64,000 nt of DNA from a bacterium (GCA_032250835.1 JAVVEA010000017.1:9556-73555); one strand, 5' to 3'; positions 37,708 through 48,546 are shown, numbered from the stretch's first letter. The notes: generated by a model not told the origin, from the sequence alone. Program-made: numbers and translations.

Positions 37708-38502
37708 CTATCGAGGCCGCTTGGGTGAGGTTGCGGGCATAATCCGGTTGTTGAGGCGGGCCGCCTTTGCCTCTAGATAAAAATTGAGGCTCGCTAGATT
37801 TTCGACAATGGTCACGTCTGATTCAAAGGCCCGGTAATAGATGCGGTCCCGTTCGTCCTGTGGGATGTCCTTATATAAGGACAACAAATCTTTAACCAAA
37901 CGGCGGTCCACCATCACATCAAAATGGTTTTGCAGCACCGCGTTAAATACGATCTGCTTCACCTCGGGCTTGATCCGGTAGTAGGGGGATTCGGCGGCGG
38001 CACCCAAATAGCTAAGGAATTCGTCGACGTTGAGAATCGGCGCGTCCCAGGTTTCTTGTTGCCAAGCGACCTCAACACGCTGGTCGCCGCTCGGTTGGGG
38101 CTTAAACTTAAGCTCCGTAAAGTTGACGGGGATCTCAAAGTAGGTAACGCGGCCCAAACGCTGCCGCTCTAGGCGGATTTGGTCGACTCGGCAGCGGGTA
38201 ATCAAAGGAGCCCCGGCCGGACAGCCCAGCACTTCGGCGCGGATGTGATATTTGGCGCGTTCGGGGTTGCCCTTGAGCTCGACGATACCCAAAAAGAGAA
38301 TCTCGACCAACTCAGGGCGGGTCAAAAAGAAGTTTTGTTGGTCTTCGAAAAAGCGCTTATACTCAATCCGTTGTGCCTCCGCAGCGATCTCGCGCGGGCT
38401 CATCAACGGGCCATCAGCCAGCGCAAGACCCGGCATCCACAGGAGCCCTGCACACAAAGAAAGACCAATAAGTTGACGGAGTTTGTGCAATTTTACTTTC
38501 AT
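37708..38502 (-). CDS. Hypothetical secreted protein
   Basis: It has a signal peptide. Confidence 0.4.
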   Translation of the reverse strand: MKVKLHKLRQLIGLSLCAGLLWMPGLALADGPLMSPREIAAEAQRIEYKRFFEDQQNFFLTRPELVEILFLGIVELKGNPERAKYHIRAEVLGCPAGAPLITRCRVDQIRLERQRLGRVTYFEIPVNFTELKFKPQPSGDQRVEVAWQQETWDAPILNVDEFLSYLGAAAESPYYRIKPEVKQIVFNAVLQNHFDVMVDRRLVKDLLSLYKDIPQDERDRIYYRAFESDVTIVENLASLNFYLEAKAARLNNRIMPATSPKRPR

Positions 38503-38595
38503 TTGACGTCAAAAACTTGCGAGCGCCTAGAAAAGCGTTTAGGCTCAACCTAGACGAGTTCCAATATTGTTTCAAGCTTCTTTGGGAACCCAACG

Positions 38596-38862
38596 ATGAA
38601 ACTAATTTCGCGTATCCTGTCCATACTGTTCTTCTTCGCCTCTTTCGGCGCGGCCCTATATCTGGGCTACCGCCTCTTTAAAGGCAAAGAAGACGACTCC
38701 GGCTATTTGTTCGGAGACTCTTTATACCGCGAAGGCGATCAGGTAGACCTTTACCAGAGCGCTGAGGAAGAGGGGATTGAGGAGGAATCAACAGAGGAGC
38801 AAGCCGAGGCTCAGGGCCCCCCGCTCGAACGAGCAGAAGGGCTGAGCTCGATGATCCACTAG
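38596..38862 (+). CDS. Hypothetical small membrane protein with an acidic tail
   Basis: It has an N-terminal TM helix and a Glu-rich C-terminus. Confidence 0.3.
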   Translation: MKLISRILSILFFFASFGAALYLGYRLFKGKEDDSGYLFGDSLYREGDQVDLYQSAEEEGIEEESTEEQAEAQGPPLERAEGLSSMIH

Positions 38863-38870
38863 CCTAGAGC

Positions 38871-39767
38871 CTACTTGCGCAGGCTGCGCACGAAGTTGTT
38901 GACCCCTTCGCGCTTTAAGGAACTAGAAATCCGTGCGGCATCGTCGCGGGCATCGTAGGGCCCGGCGAGTACGTAAAAGCTGCCTTCTTTACGGTCCACC
39001 ATGAAAGGGATCGAGCCATATCGTTGGCTTAGGCTGCGGCGGTAGCTTTGGGCTTTATCCAATTCATTAAATACCGCCAACTGTACCACCACTTGCTTGT
39101 AGGGCTTTAATCCAGCCGCATGGTCATAACCTTTGGGGTAGCGCACAACCTCTAGCTTGACCGGTGCGGTGCCGTCTTTAACAAAGCCCAATTTGGTGGC
39201 CGCCGTTTCGGTTAGGTCGATGATCCGGTCGTTTTTGTAGGGCCCTCGGTCATTGATCCGCACCACAATAGACTCCCCGTTTTTCTGATTGGTCACCCGC
39301 ACCCAGGTGCCCATGGGCAATATTTTGTGTGCGGCGGTCATGCCCCGCTGATTATAGCGTTCACCGTTGGCGGTAGCCTTGCCGTGGAAGCCGGGGCCGT
39401 ACCAACTCGCATAACCTTTCATCTGTTCGCCTTGGCCCGCTTGGCCTACTTTGGGGCTGTTCTCGAAGTCCGGCGCAAAGCCGTACTGCGCATCCGCGCT
39501 GGCCGGAGATGCTGCGGTTTCTTGCTGGCCCCGGAAATTGGGGTTGAAGCCGTTGCTCGCTTGCATCGGCTCAATGGGGTCAACCTTGGGGCTGTTACCA
39601 TAATTGTTGTTGCTCGGGAAAAAACTGCCCGAAGGTTCCGCCTGGCCCGCTTCGATCGGTTTCTTCCAATCTTGGGGGGTGTAAAAGGCCTGCTCGGCAT
39701 TGCGGTGGCTTGAGCAACCGGCTAGGACCAGCCATCCAAGGGAAATGAGTAGTGCGTTGCGCTTCAT
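38871..39767 (-). CDS. rlpA: Septal ring lytic transglycosylase RlpA (DPBB domain) with a C-terminal SPOR domain
   Basis: It has the DPBB motif GYASWYGPGFHGKATANGERY and is a lipoprotein. Confidence 0.8.
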   Translation of the reverse strand: MKRNALLISLGWLVLAGCSSHRNAEQAFYTPQDWKKPIEAGQAEPSGSFFPSNNNYGNSPKVDPIEPMQASNGFNPNFRGQQETAASPASADAQYGFAPDFENSPKVGQAGQGEQMKGYASWYGPGFHGKATANGERYNQRGMTAAHKILPMGTWVRVTNQKNGESIVVRINDRGPYKNDRIIDLTETAATKLGFVKDGTAPVKLEVVRYPKGYDHAAGLKPYKQVVVQLAVFNELDKAQSYRRSLSQRYGSIPFMVDRKEGSFYVLAGPYDARDDAARISSSLKREGVNNFVRSLRK

Positions 39768-39938
39768 GACGTCTACTGGCTAAGATTCAACAATCAAGGG
39801 GTCGTTTTTTTCCAACTGCCTCTTCAATGCGATTTCTTTGCCAAAGTTACTGCTTTGGCCCTTCTATATTTTGGTGCCTTTGGTTGCCAAAGAGACTTGG
39901 CTGCATTACACCAAAGGAAAACCTAGCCCCCTGACCTG

Positions 39939-41054
39939 ATGAAAGTAGAGCTCAAGCCCTGTACCTTAAGCGTAGTGGTCCCCTGTTACAACGAGGAAGC
40001 TACGCTAGAAGTCGCCATTGGCCGCGTCTTAGAGATCGAGCGGCCAGACGTAGGTCTGGAGCTAATCCTGGTGGACGACTGCTCTACCGATGCCAGCCGG
40101 AGCGTCGCTGAAGGGTTGGCGAAGCGCTACCCCCAGATCAAACTGGTCTTCCACCAAGTCAACCAAGGCAAAGGGGCCGCACTGCGCACCGGCTTTCAAG
40201 AAGCAACCGGCGACTTTGTGGCGGTTCAGGATGCCGACCTGGAATATGACCCAAACGAACTTTTGGAGCTGATCAAGCCCTTGCGGCGCGGTGAGGCCGA
40301 CGTGGTGCTGGGTTCGCGCTACCTAACCGGCAAGGCCAAGCGGGTGTTGTACTTCTGGCACACCATGGGCAATAAATTGCTGACGCTGCTCAGCAACATG
40401 TTCACCGACCTTTTCCTGACCGACATGGAGACCTGTTATAAGGTCTTTCGGCGTGAAGTGATCCAGGCGATTGAGATCGAAGAAAACCGCTTTGGTTTTG
40501 AGCCCGAGATTGTCGCCAAGGTTTCCCAAATGGGCCTACGGGTCTATGAAATCGGGATCAGCTACAATGGCCGCACCTTCGAAGAAGGCAAGAAGATCGG
40601 CTTGAAAGACGCCTTCCGTGCCTTGTATTGCATCTTCCACTACAACGCGCCTTACGCCCCGCTGCCCATGCAGTTGGCTATCTATTTCGTGATCGGCTCG
40701 CTCTCGGCGCTTTTTAACCTTGGCTTCTTTTGGGGCTTGGATCATTTCACCGAGTTAAGTCTCGCCGCAGCCGCGGGCAGCGCCTATTTCCTGGCCAGTT
40801 TGGTCAACTATTGGCTGAGCATACAGATCCTTTTTAAGCACCAAGCCCGCTGGAGTTCGGGGCTGGAGTTCTTTATTTATCTGGGGGTGGTCTTGGTGGG
40901 TGGTTTCTTAGACGTCGCGGCGACCAGTTGGCTGATCCAACTGGGTGCCACCAGCTTAGTCGCCAAGGCCTGCGCCAGTTTCATCCTCTTTTTGATCAAC
41001 TTCGTGATGCGTAAGCTGATCGTCTTCCCCCAGAAGCCGATCCAACGCTTTTAA
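39939..41054 (+). CDS. Family-2 glycosyltransferase fused to a GtrA-like membrane domain
   Basis: It has a GT2 DXD motif region and four C-terminal TM helices. Confidence 0.7.
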   Translation: MKVELKPCTLSVVVPCYNEEATLEVAIGRVLEIERPDVGLELILVDDCSTDASRSVAEGLAKRYPQIKLVFHQVNQGKGAALRTGFQEATGDFVAVQDADLEYDPNELLELIKPLRRGEADVVLGSRYLTGKAKRVLYFWHTMGNKLLTLLSNMFTDLFLTDMETCYKVFRREVIQAIEIEENRFGFEPEIVAKVSQMGLRVYEIGISYNGRTFEEGKKIGLKDAFRALYCIFHYNAPYAPLPMQLAIYFVIGSLSALFNLGFFWGLDHFTELSLAAAAGSAYFLASLVNYWLSIQILFKHQARWSSGLEFFIYLGVVLVGGFLDVAATSWLIQLGATSLVAKACASFILFLINFVMRKLIVFPQKPIQRF

Positions 41055-41058
41055 GGCT

Positions 41059-42048
41059 ATGGCCGAAAAGATCCTGGTCCGTACGCCCAACTGGTTGGGC
41101 GACCTGATGATGTCCACCGCCTTTATCCGGCGGCTGCTCAAGCAGTTCCCCGAGGCGCAGGTGGATTTAGTGGTGCGCCAGGGTTTTGAGTCCATCCCCC
41201 TGCCCCACCGAGGCGAGGTCATTCCCTTTGACCGCAGCCAGGGGATTTATTCTTTTGCCCAGGACCTGCGCCAACGAGGTTATGACCGGGCCTATGTGCT
41301 CCCGCCCAGCTATTCGGCGGCGGCTATGGTTTTCTTGAGCGGGATCAAAGAGCGGTATGGGCTAAGCGGCCAATGGGGCAGGCGGGTGTTCCTCAACCGC
41401 CTAGTGACCAATCCGCTGCCGCCTAGAGGCCAACATATTGCCGCTGAGTACCAGCTCTTAATCAGCGATTTGGACGGATTCAAGCCGGGACTGCCCGGCT
41501 TAGCGCTGCCCAAAGGTTGGGCCGATGGGGTCTTGTCGGGAGCTTTGGATATCGAGCCAGGCTTTGTGGCCATCGCGCCGGGGGCCATCTATGGCGAGGC
41601 GAAACGCTGGCCCTATGAGCGCTGGACCGAACTAATCCACCGGCTACAGCTAGCGGGCAAAAGGGTGGTGATCTTGGGCCAAGAAGGAGACTTTCCGCTG
41701 GTTTCTACCGAAGCCAAGGATTTGACCGGCCAAACCAACCTATTGGAGTTGATCGCCCTGCTCTCAAAGGCCCAACTCCTAGTGAGCAACGACTCGGGGG
41801 CCATGCATATCATGGCGGCGCTACGCCGCCCTCAGGTGGCGGTCTTTGGGTCCACCTCAACCCTTTGGACCGCGCCGATGAACCCCAAGGCGCGGATCGT
41901 CTCGCTGCACCTGGACTGTTCCCCCTGCTTTAAGCGCAACTGCCCCTATGGACACTACAACTGCCTGCGCGGCATCAGCGGCGAATTGGTCTTTGAAGCC
42001 TGTGAAGACGCTCTATCGAAGCCGCCCAAGCCTAGCCCCGCTGATTGA
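41059..42048 (+). CDS. ADP-heptose:LPS heptosyltransferase (GT9 family)
   Basis: It has a GT9 fold and the N-terminal motif ILVRTPNWLGD. Confidence 0.7.
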   Translation: MAEKILVRTPNWLGDLMMSTAFIRRLLKQFPEAQVDLVVRQGFESIPLPHRGEVIPFDRSQGIYSFAQDLRQRGYDRAYVLPPSYSAAAMVFLSGIKERYGLSGQWGRRVFLNRLVTNPLPPRGQHIAAEYQLLISDLDGFKPGLPGLALPKGWADGVLSGALDIEPGFVAIAPGAIYGEAKRWPYERWTELIHRLQLAGKRVVILGQEGDFPLVSTEAKDLTGQTNLLELIALLSKAQLLVSNDSGAMHIMAALRRPQVAVFGSTSTLWTAPMNPKARIVSLHLDCSPCFKRNCPYGHYNCLRGISGELVFEACEDALSKPPKPSPAD

Positions 42049-42123
42049 CAAGGGGGGGTGTGGCGCGGTAGAAAGCGAATATTTATCCGCTTTGTTGACC
42101 TAACCTCCAAAACCGGTGTGGAC

Positions 42124-43245
42124 ATGTGGCGTCGTTGGTTCCTCCCGCTTTGTTTGACCCTCTTTCTGAGCTTGGCCGCCCTTGAGGTCCAAGCAGACCT
42201 CAAGATCGGCGTGGCCGGTGCCCACTCCGGCGACTTAGCCCCCTACGGCATCCCGGCGCGCGATGCGCTAGCGCTAGCGGCCGAGAAATTGAACGCAGCA
42301 GGGGGTCTACTGGGGCAAAAGGTCCAGTTGGTGGTTTTGGACGACGTCTGCAAACCCGGCGTGGCCGCCGACGTAGCCAATAAGATGGTCGCCGAAAGGG
42401 TAGTCGCCGTGATCGGGCACATCTGCTCCGGGGCCACCAAGGCCGCTCTGCCGATCTACCAAGCCGCCAAAATCCCGGTCATCTCCCCTTCAGCCACCAG
42501 CCCCGAGTTGACCCTTGAGGGACGCTACCCGCTCTTCTTCCGCAGCATCCCCCACGACGCCAAGCAGGCGATGGTGCAGGCGGACTTTATTGTCCAAAAA
42601 CTAAAGGCCAAAACCGCCGTTATCGTCCACGACAAGGGGGACTACGGAAAAGCCTTAGCCCTGTTGGTGGAACAGGAGCTTAAAAAACGGGGCGTGAAAA
42701 TCTTGATGGTCGAAGGGGTCACCCCCGGTGCGGTCAACTACTCGGCCTTAGTGCGCAAGATCGGCCGTGAAGCGCCCGACGTGGTCGCCTTCGGCGGATA
42801 CCATCCCGAAGCCACCAAGATCGTCACCCAGGCCCGCAAACGGCGCATCAAGTCCGCCTTCATCAGCGGCGACGGCGTCAAGGACCCCAGCTTCATCAAG
42901 ATTGGCCGCCACTACGTTGAAGGCTACTACGCCACCAGCCCGGCGGACATCTCCGGCCTACCCCAGACCCAGCAGGTCAACCAAGAGCTAGCGGACCGCG
43001 GACAAAGCTCCGGCAACTTCGGTTTGCAAGCCCACGCCGCCTTTACGGCCTTAGTTCAAGCGATCAAAAGGGCGGGCAGTACCGACCCCGAAGCCATCAA
43101 AAAGCAACTGCACGCCCAAACCGTAGATACGGTTTTAGGCAAGATCCACTTCGACCCTCAAGGCGATATTGTGGGGGCTGGGATTTCGCTGTATCAGGTA
43201 AAAGACGCTCAGTTTGTGGACCTAAATTTCCAACCGGAACCTTGA
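42124..43245 (+). CDS. Branched-chain amino-acid ABC transporter substrate-binding protein
   Basis: It has a signal peptide and a LivK/LivJ-like type I periplasmic-binding fold. Confidence 0.75.
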   Translation: MWRRWFLPLCLTLFLSLAALEVQADLKIGVAGAHSGDLAPYGIPARDALALAAEKLNAAGGLLGQKVQLVVLDDVCKPGVAADVANKMVAERVVAVIGHICSGATKAALPIYQAAKIPVISPSATSPELTLEGRYPLFFRSIPHDAKQAMVQADFIVQKLKAKTAVIVHDKGDYGKALALLVEQELKKRGVKILMVEGVTPGAVNYSALVRKIGREAPDVVAFGGYHPEATKIVTQARKRRIKSAFISGDGVKDPSFIKIGRHYVEGYYATSPADISGLPQTQQVNQELADRGQSSGNFGLQAHAAFTALVQAIKRAGSTDPEAIKKQLHAQTVDTVLGKIHFDPQGDIVGAGISLYQVKDAQFVDLNFQPEP

Positions 43246-43246
43246 G

Positions 43247-44161
43247 ATGTCCGAGGGATTTTATTACCTCTCGGAAATCTTCTTTGCCGGCCTGACCCGA
43301 GGCAGCATCTACGCGCTTTTGGCCTTGGGGTATACCATGGTCTACGGTATCTTGGGGCTGATCAACTTCGCCCATGGTGAGGTGTATATGATCGGGGCCT
43401 TTGTGGGCTTGGTCTTCGCTAGTCTGTTTTCGATCATGGGCTACAGCCATTTGGCCCTCTTCGCGGTGGCTCTGGCGGCGGCAGTAATCTGGGCCGGGGC
43501 CTACGGCTTCACCATCGAGCGGATCGCTTACCGCCCGCTACGAAAGGCACCCCGGCTGGCCCCCCTGATCAGCGCCATCGGCATGAGCATCTTCCTGCGC
43601 GAATATGTGATCTTAGCCCAAACTTCTGACTTCGTGGCCTTTCCAGCACTCTTCGAAGGCCTACCGGACCTGGGTCCGTTGCGCGACTTCATCCAACCTG
43701 GTGAATTGGTGATCACCCTGGTGACGCTGGGGGTCTTAGGGTTGCTTTTTGTGCTGATCAAATTCACCAAGCTGGGCTTGGCCATGCGCGCCATTGCCCA
43801 GGACCGCGAAATGGCCATGTTGCTGGGCGTGGACTCAGACCGGGTGATTTCTTATACCTTCGTCTTAGGCAGCATGCTGGCCGCCGTGGGGGCCATCTTG
43901 ATTGCCGCCCATGTAGGGCAAATCAATTACCACATCGGCTTTATCGTGGGCATTAAGGCCTTTACCGCCGCCGTCTTAGGCGGGATCGGTTCGATCCCCG
44001 GCGCGGCTTTAGGCGGGTTGATCTTAGGGCTAACCGAATCCTTCGCCACCGGCTACATCAGCAGCGATTACGAAGACGTCTTCGCCTTCGCCATTTTGGT
44101 TTTGATCCTGATCTTCAAACCGGCAGGCCTCTTGGGCAAGAACCGGCAGGAGAAGGTATGA
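43247..44161 (+). CDS. livH: Branched-chain amino-acid ABC transporter permease
   Basis: It is LivH-like and 304 aa. Confidence 0.75.
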   Translation: MSEGFYYLSEIFFAGLTRGSIYALLALGYTMVYGILGLINFAHGEVYMIGAFVGLVFASLFSIMGYSHLALFAVALAAAVIWAGAYGFTIERIAYRPLRKAPRLAPLISAIGMSIFLREYVILAQTSDFVAFPALFEGLPDLGPLRDFIQPGELVITLVTLGVLGLLFVLIKFTKLGLAMRAIAQDREMAMLLGVDSDRVISYTFVLGSMLAAVGAILIAAHVGQINYHIGFIVGIKAFTAAVLGGIGSIPGAALGGLILGLTESFATGYISSDYEDVFAFAILVLILIFKPAGLLGKNRQEKV

Positions 44162-45363
44162 ACCTTTTAGAAGAGCTTAAGAAAAGCCTGCTGGTGGGCT
44201 GTTGGTTTGTTTTCCTCACGCTACCCTTAGTGGGCCTGCAAACCGACTACCTAGAGGGCACCTGGGAATTTAAGGGGCTTAACCTTTTGGCGGTCTTTGG
44301 GCTGTCTATCCTCTTCTCTTGGGCTTGGCGTTGGTTGGCGGCGCGCCGGGGCAAAGTTCAGTTCGAGCCGAATTCGGTGCCCTGGGCGCCTTTGAGCCTT
44401 GCCCAGTTGAGCGACACCCGCTTTCTGTTGGCACTTTCGGCCCTGCTCTTGACCCTGCCCATGGTAGCCAGCAGCTACCAAACCGGGATCTTGAGCACCG
44501 CCATGATCTACATTGTATTGGGCTTGGGCCTGAACATTGTGGTGGGCATGGCGGGACTGTTGGACTTGGGTTACGTGGCCTTTTACGCCGTGGGGGCCTA
44601 TGCTTACGGCCTCTTGAACCTACACTTTGGGCTGGGCTTTTGGGCCCTCTTGCCCATTGCCGGGATGCTGGCGGCGGTTTTTGGGGTGATGTTAGGGATC
44701 CCCGTGCTCCGGCTGCGCGGCGACTATCTGGCCATCGTCACCTTGGGCTTTGGCGAAATCATCCGGTTGGTTTTAGAAAACTGGGGCGAAGTGACCGAAG
44801 GCCCCTCGGGCATTGCGGGCATCCCCAAGCCCCAGATTCCCGGCGTGGAACTGGACTTTGACGCCCAGGCTGCCTTTATCTATTACCTCCTGTTCCTCTT
44901 GGTGCTCCTGGCCATTGGTGTCAACCGCCGGTTGCAGCATTCGCGCATGGGCCGCGCGTGGTTGGCGCTGCGCGAAGACGAAATCGCAGCCCAAGCCATG
45001 GGGATCGACCTAACCCGCACCAAGCTCACCGCCTTTGGCCTCGGGGCCTTTTGGGCGGGCATTGTGGGGGTCGTTTTTGCCGCTAAGTCCAGCTTCATCA
45101 ACCCAGCGAGCTTCACCTTCCACGAATCGGCCATCATTCTTTCCATTGTGGTCTTAGGCGGCATGGGCTCGATCTTAGGCGTGGTTTTGGCGGCGCTGGT
45201 GTTGATCCTGTTGCCCGAATACCTGCGCTTTTTAGCAGATTACCGGATGTTGATCTTCGGTGCGGTGATGGTCTTGACCATGGTCTTTAAGCCCGAAGGA
45301 TTGATCACTAACCCCCGCCCGACCTTTGAACGGCCCGATGACGCTGAAAGGGAGGAACCATGA
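44158..45363 (+). CDS. livM: Branched-chain amino-acid ABC transporter permease
   Basis: It is LivM-like. Confidence 0.75.
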   Translation: MNLLEELKKSLLVGCWFVFLTLPLVGLQTDYLEGTWEFKGLNLLAVFGLSILFSWAWRWLAARRGKVQFEPNSVPWAPLSLAQLSDTRFLLALSALLLTLPMVASSYQTGILSTAMIYIVLGLGLNIVVGMAGLLDLGYVAFYAVGAYAYGLLNLHFGLGFWALLPIAGMLAAVFGVMLGIPVLRLRGDYLAIVTLGFGEIIRLVLENWGEVTEGPSGIAGIPKPQIPGVELDFDAQAAFIYYLLFLLVLLAIGVNRRLQHSRMGRAWLALREDEIAAQAMGIDLTRTKLTAFGLGAFWAGIVGVVFAAKSSFINPASFTFHESAIILSIVVLGGMGSILGVVLAALVLILLPEYLRFLADYRMLIFGAVMVLTMVFKPEGLITNPRPTFERPDDAEREEP

Positions 45364-46142
45364 GCCTCCTTAAAGTCGAGCAGCTAACCAAACACTTCGG
45401 CGGCATCCAGGCCCTTAAAGGGATGGGTCTAAGCATTGAGCCGCACCAGATTGTGGGGCTGATCGGGCCCAACGGGGCAGGCAAGACCACCTTCTTTAAC
45501 TGCCTGACCGGAGTCTACCGGCCCGACCAGGGAGGCGTGGAGTTGAGTACTAAAGCCGGGACACGCAGCCTAGTGGGCCTGCGGCCCGACCAAGTGAACC
45601 GCGCCGGGTTGGCCCGCACCTTCCAAAATATCCGCCTCTTCGGCCAGATGCGGGTGGTGGAAAACGTCTTGGTTGGCCGCCACGGGGTGACCCAAACAGG
45701 CTTTTTAGGTGCCCTGCTGCGCACCCGTGCCTTTGTGGCCGAAGAACGGGCGAACCTCCAACGGGCCTATGAATTGTTGGAGCTGGTGGGTATGGCGGAT
45801 CAAGCGAACCGGCTGGCCAACAACCTCTCCTACGCCGACCAGCGCCGCCTAGAGATCGCCCGCGCCTTAGCCACCGAGCCCCGATTGCTGCTGCTCGACG
45901 AACCGGCAGCGGGCATGAACCCCACCGAAACCGCCTTGCTCGACCGACTGATCCTCAAGTTACGCGACGAACTGGGACTGTCCATTTTGTTGATCGAACA
46001 TGACATGAAGCTGGTGATGAACCTTTGTGACCGGGTGTTGGTGATGGATCAGGGGCGCGACATCGCCTTTGGCACCCCCGCCGAGGTGCAGAGCAATCCG
46101 GCGGTAGTGGCCGCCTATCTGGGCGAGGAGAGCCATGCTTGA
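45360..46142 (+). CDS. livG: ABC transporter ATP-binding protein
   Basis: It has Walker A GPNGAGKTT and the signature LSYADQ. Confidence 0.8.
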   Translation: MSLLKVEQLTKHFGGIQALKGMGLSIEPHQIVGLIGPNGAGKTTFFNCLTGVYRPDQGGVELSTKAGTRSLVGLRPDQVNRAGLARTFQNIRLFGQMRVVENVLVGRHGVTQTGFLGALLRTRAFVAEERANLQRAYELLELVGMADQANRLANNLSYADQRRLEIARALATEPRLLLLDEPAAGMNPTETALLDRLILKLRDELGLSILLIEHDMKLVMNLCDRVLVMDQGRDIAFGTPAEVQSNPAVVAAYLGEESHA

Positions 46143-46848
46143 ATTAAAGGGGGTTAAGGCCTACTACGGAAAGATCGAGGCCCTCAAGGGCATTGATCTT
46201 CAAATCAACCAAGGCGAGATCGTCACCCTGATCGGCGGCAACGGGGCAGGCAAGAGCACCTGCCTGATGACCATCTGCGGATTGGTGGAGGCCGGGGCGG
46301 GGGAAATATTATTCGAAGGCGAGCCGATCCACCAGCTCAAACCAGCCCAAATCGTCGCCCGAGGCATCAGCCAAGTACCCGAGGGACGCCGCATTTTTGC
46401 CGATTTTTCGGTTGCCGAAAACCTAGAAATGGGGGCCTATCTGCGGAGGGACCCAGCCCAGGTGAAAGAAGACTTAAATTATCTGTACGACCAGTTCAAC
46501 ATCCTGGCCGAGCGCCGGTCCCAGCGGGCCGGGACCCTGTCGGGAGGGGAGCAGCAGATGCTGGCCATTGCCCGGGCTTTGATGGCCCGTCCTCGACTTT
46601 TATTGCTTGATGAGCCATCTTTAGGTCTTGCCCCCTTGATCATCAGGCAAATCTTCGACATGATCACCCAAATCAACCAGACCCAAGGAACCACCATTTT
46701 CCTGGTCGAACAAAACGCCCATCTGGCGTTGCAGACTGCCCACCGTGCTTATGTGCTGGAAAATGGGTCCATCGGTCTGGGCGGAGATGCGAAGGATCTT
46801 CGCGGAAACGAGTCGATCAAAAAGGCCTATCTTGGAATTGCCGATTAA
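46135..46848 (+). CDS. livF: ABC transporter ATP-binding protein
   Basis: It has Walker A GGNGAGKST and the signature LSGGEQQ. Confidence 0.8.
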   Translation: MLELKGVKAYYGKIEALKGIDLQINQGEIVTLIGGNGAGKSTCLMTICGLVEAGAGEILFEGEPIHQLKPAQIVARGISQVPEGRRIFADFSVAENLEMGAYLRRDPAQVKEDLNYLYDQFNILAERRSQRAGTLSGGEQQMLAIARALMARPRLLLLDEPSLGLAPLIIRQIFDMITQINQTQGTTIFLVEQNAHLALQTAHRAYVLENGSIGLGGDAKDLRGNESIKKAYLGIAD

Positions 46849-46875
46849 ACCCCGGCGCGGCATGTTGAGAGTCCA

Positions 46876-48495
46876 ATGCCCCAATCTTTGAGCTATGAAC
46901 AGGAAATCCGAGAGGGCATCGACATCCTTTCGCGCAAGTTTTTTGTCGGTCCTGGCGACGACGAACGTTTCAAGAAGTGGGGCGAACAGGCCATCGAGTT
47001 GGCCCTGGACTGGCTCAAGAACCCCGAAAAGCGCAAAATCCACGCCGACGTGTCGCTTACCGACCTAGCCGAGTTGTTTAGCAATACCGACTTGCCTATG
47101 GAGGGCATGCAGATCGAAGAGGTTTTCAACGACTGCAAAACCCAGATTTTAGACAATTCGGTCCGCATCAATAACCCCCGCTACATCGGCCACATGACCA
47201 CCGTGACCCCTTGGTTTTCGGTGGTGGTGGATATTTTGATCTCAGCGATCAACCAAAACCAAGTCAAGATCGAGACCGCCTTAGCCTCTAGCTTTGTGGA
47301 GCGCCAGACCATTGCCTGGATGCATTCGCTGACCTTTAAAAAGCCCGAGGCCTACTACAAACAGGTGATCCAAGAGCGCGGGGCGACGCTGGGCAACATG
47401 ACCAGCGGCGGCACCTTAGGCAACTTGACCGCCCTCGCGGTGGCCCGCGAAGCCCGCCTACCGGGCATCCGGCAGAAGGGTTTTTACCGGGTCTTTGCCG
47501 AGTCGGGCTACAAGGACGTGAAGATCCTGGCTAGCAAGCGGGTCCATTATTCCATCGCCAAATCGGCGGCCATTTTGGGCCTCGGCGAAGAAGCCGTGGT
47601 GACCGTCGACGTGGACGAAAACAACCGGATGGACCTGGCGCAACTGCAAGTCAAAATCGACCAATTCAAGGCCGAGAAAGTGTTGGTGCTAGCCGTCGTG
47701 GGGATCGCGGGGACCACCGAAACGGGCAACCTGGACCCCTTGCCCGAATTGGCGGATATTTGCCAACGCGAAGGCATCTGGTACCATGTTGACGCTGCCT
47801 GGGCCGGAGCGCTGTTGCTTTCAGAGGAATTGAGCCAGAAGTTAAAGGGCATCGAACGGGCTGATTCGGTGGTTTTAGACGGGCACAAGCTTTTTTATCT
47901 ACCCATGAACCATTCCATGGTCCTCTTCCGTGAAGAAGGCAGCCTAGACCTTTGGCGGCACAACGCCCAATACATCATCCGCAAAGGCTCAGTGGACATC
48001 GGCCAGACCAGCTTCGAAGGCAGCCGCCGCTTCAATGCACTCAAACTCTGGTTCAGCCTGAAGATGTTGGGCCGTAAGGGGTACCACATCCTGCTCAAAC
48101 AGTCTTTACACCTGACCGAACTGTTGCGCGTCCTGCTGGACCAAGACCCTGACTTTGAGCGCTGCTCTACTCCGGAAATCTGCATCCTCACCTATCGTTT
48201 TGTGCCCCAGGCGCTCAAAAGGCAGCTCGAAGCGGCCCAAAGGGCAGGCGATCTTGAAGGGCTCAACCGCCTCAACACCAAGCTCAACGAAATCAACGTC
48301 GAGCTACAAAAGCGCCAGCGCGAGCGGGGCGAAAGCTTTATCAGCCGGACCACTTTAGAATCCGTCCCCTACCCCGAGCCGATTGTGGTGCTGCGCGCCG
48401 TCTTGACCAACCTACTGACCAAATCAGAGTTCTTAGCAGAAATCTTGGAAGAACAACGAACTCTGGGCTACGAAATCCTTCAGGGAAGACCCTAG
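46876..48495 (+). CDS. PLP-dependent group II decarboxylase (aromatic-L-amino-acid/glutamate decarboxylase family)
   Basis: It carries the PLP-lysine motif DGHKLFY. Confidence 0.7.
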   Translation: MPQSLSYEQEIREGIDILSRKFFVGPGDDERFKKWGEQAIELALDWLKNPEKRKIHADVSLTDLAELFSNTDLPMEGMQIEEVFNDCKTQILDNSVRINNPRYIGHMTTVTPWFSVVVDILISAINQNQVKIETALASSFVERQTIAWMHSLTFKKPEAYYKQVIQERGATLGNMTSGGTLGNLTALAVAREARLPGIRQKGFYRVFAESGYKDVKILASKRVHYSIAKSAAILGLGEEAVVTVDVDENNRMDLAQLQVKIDQFKAEKVLVLAVVGIAGTTETGNLDPLPELADICQREGIWYHVDAAWAGALLLSEELSQKLKGIERADSVVLDGHKLFYLPMNHSMVLFREEGSLDLWRHNAQYIIRKGSVDIGQTSFEGSRRFNALKLWFSLKMLGRKGYHILLKQSLHLTELLRVLLDQDPDFERCSTPEICILTYRFVPQALKRQLEAAQRAGDLEGLNRLNTKLNEINVELQKRQRERGESFISRTTLESVPYPEPIVVLRAVLTNLLTKSEFLAEILEEQRTLGYEILQGRP

Positions 48496-48546
48496 CTAAC
48501 TTGCCAGAATGACCGACTTAGGCTAAGCTACCCCTTTGCCTAAGCC

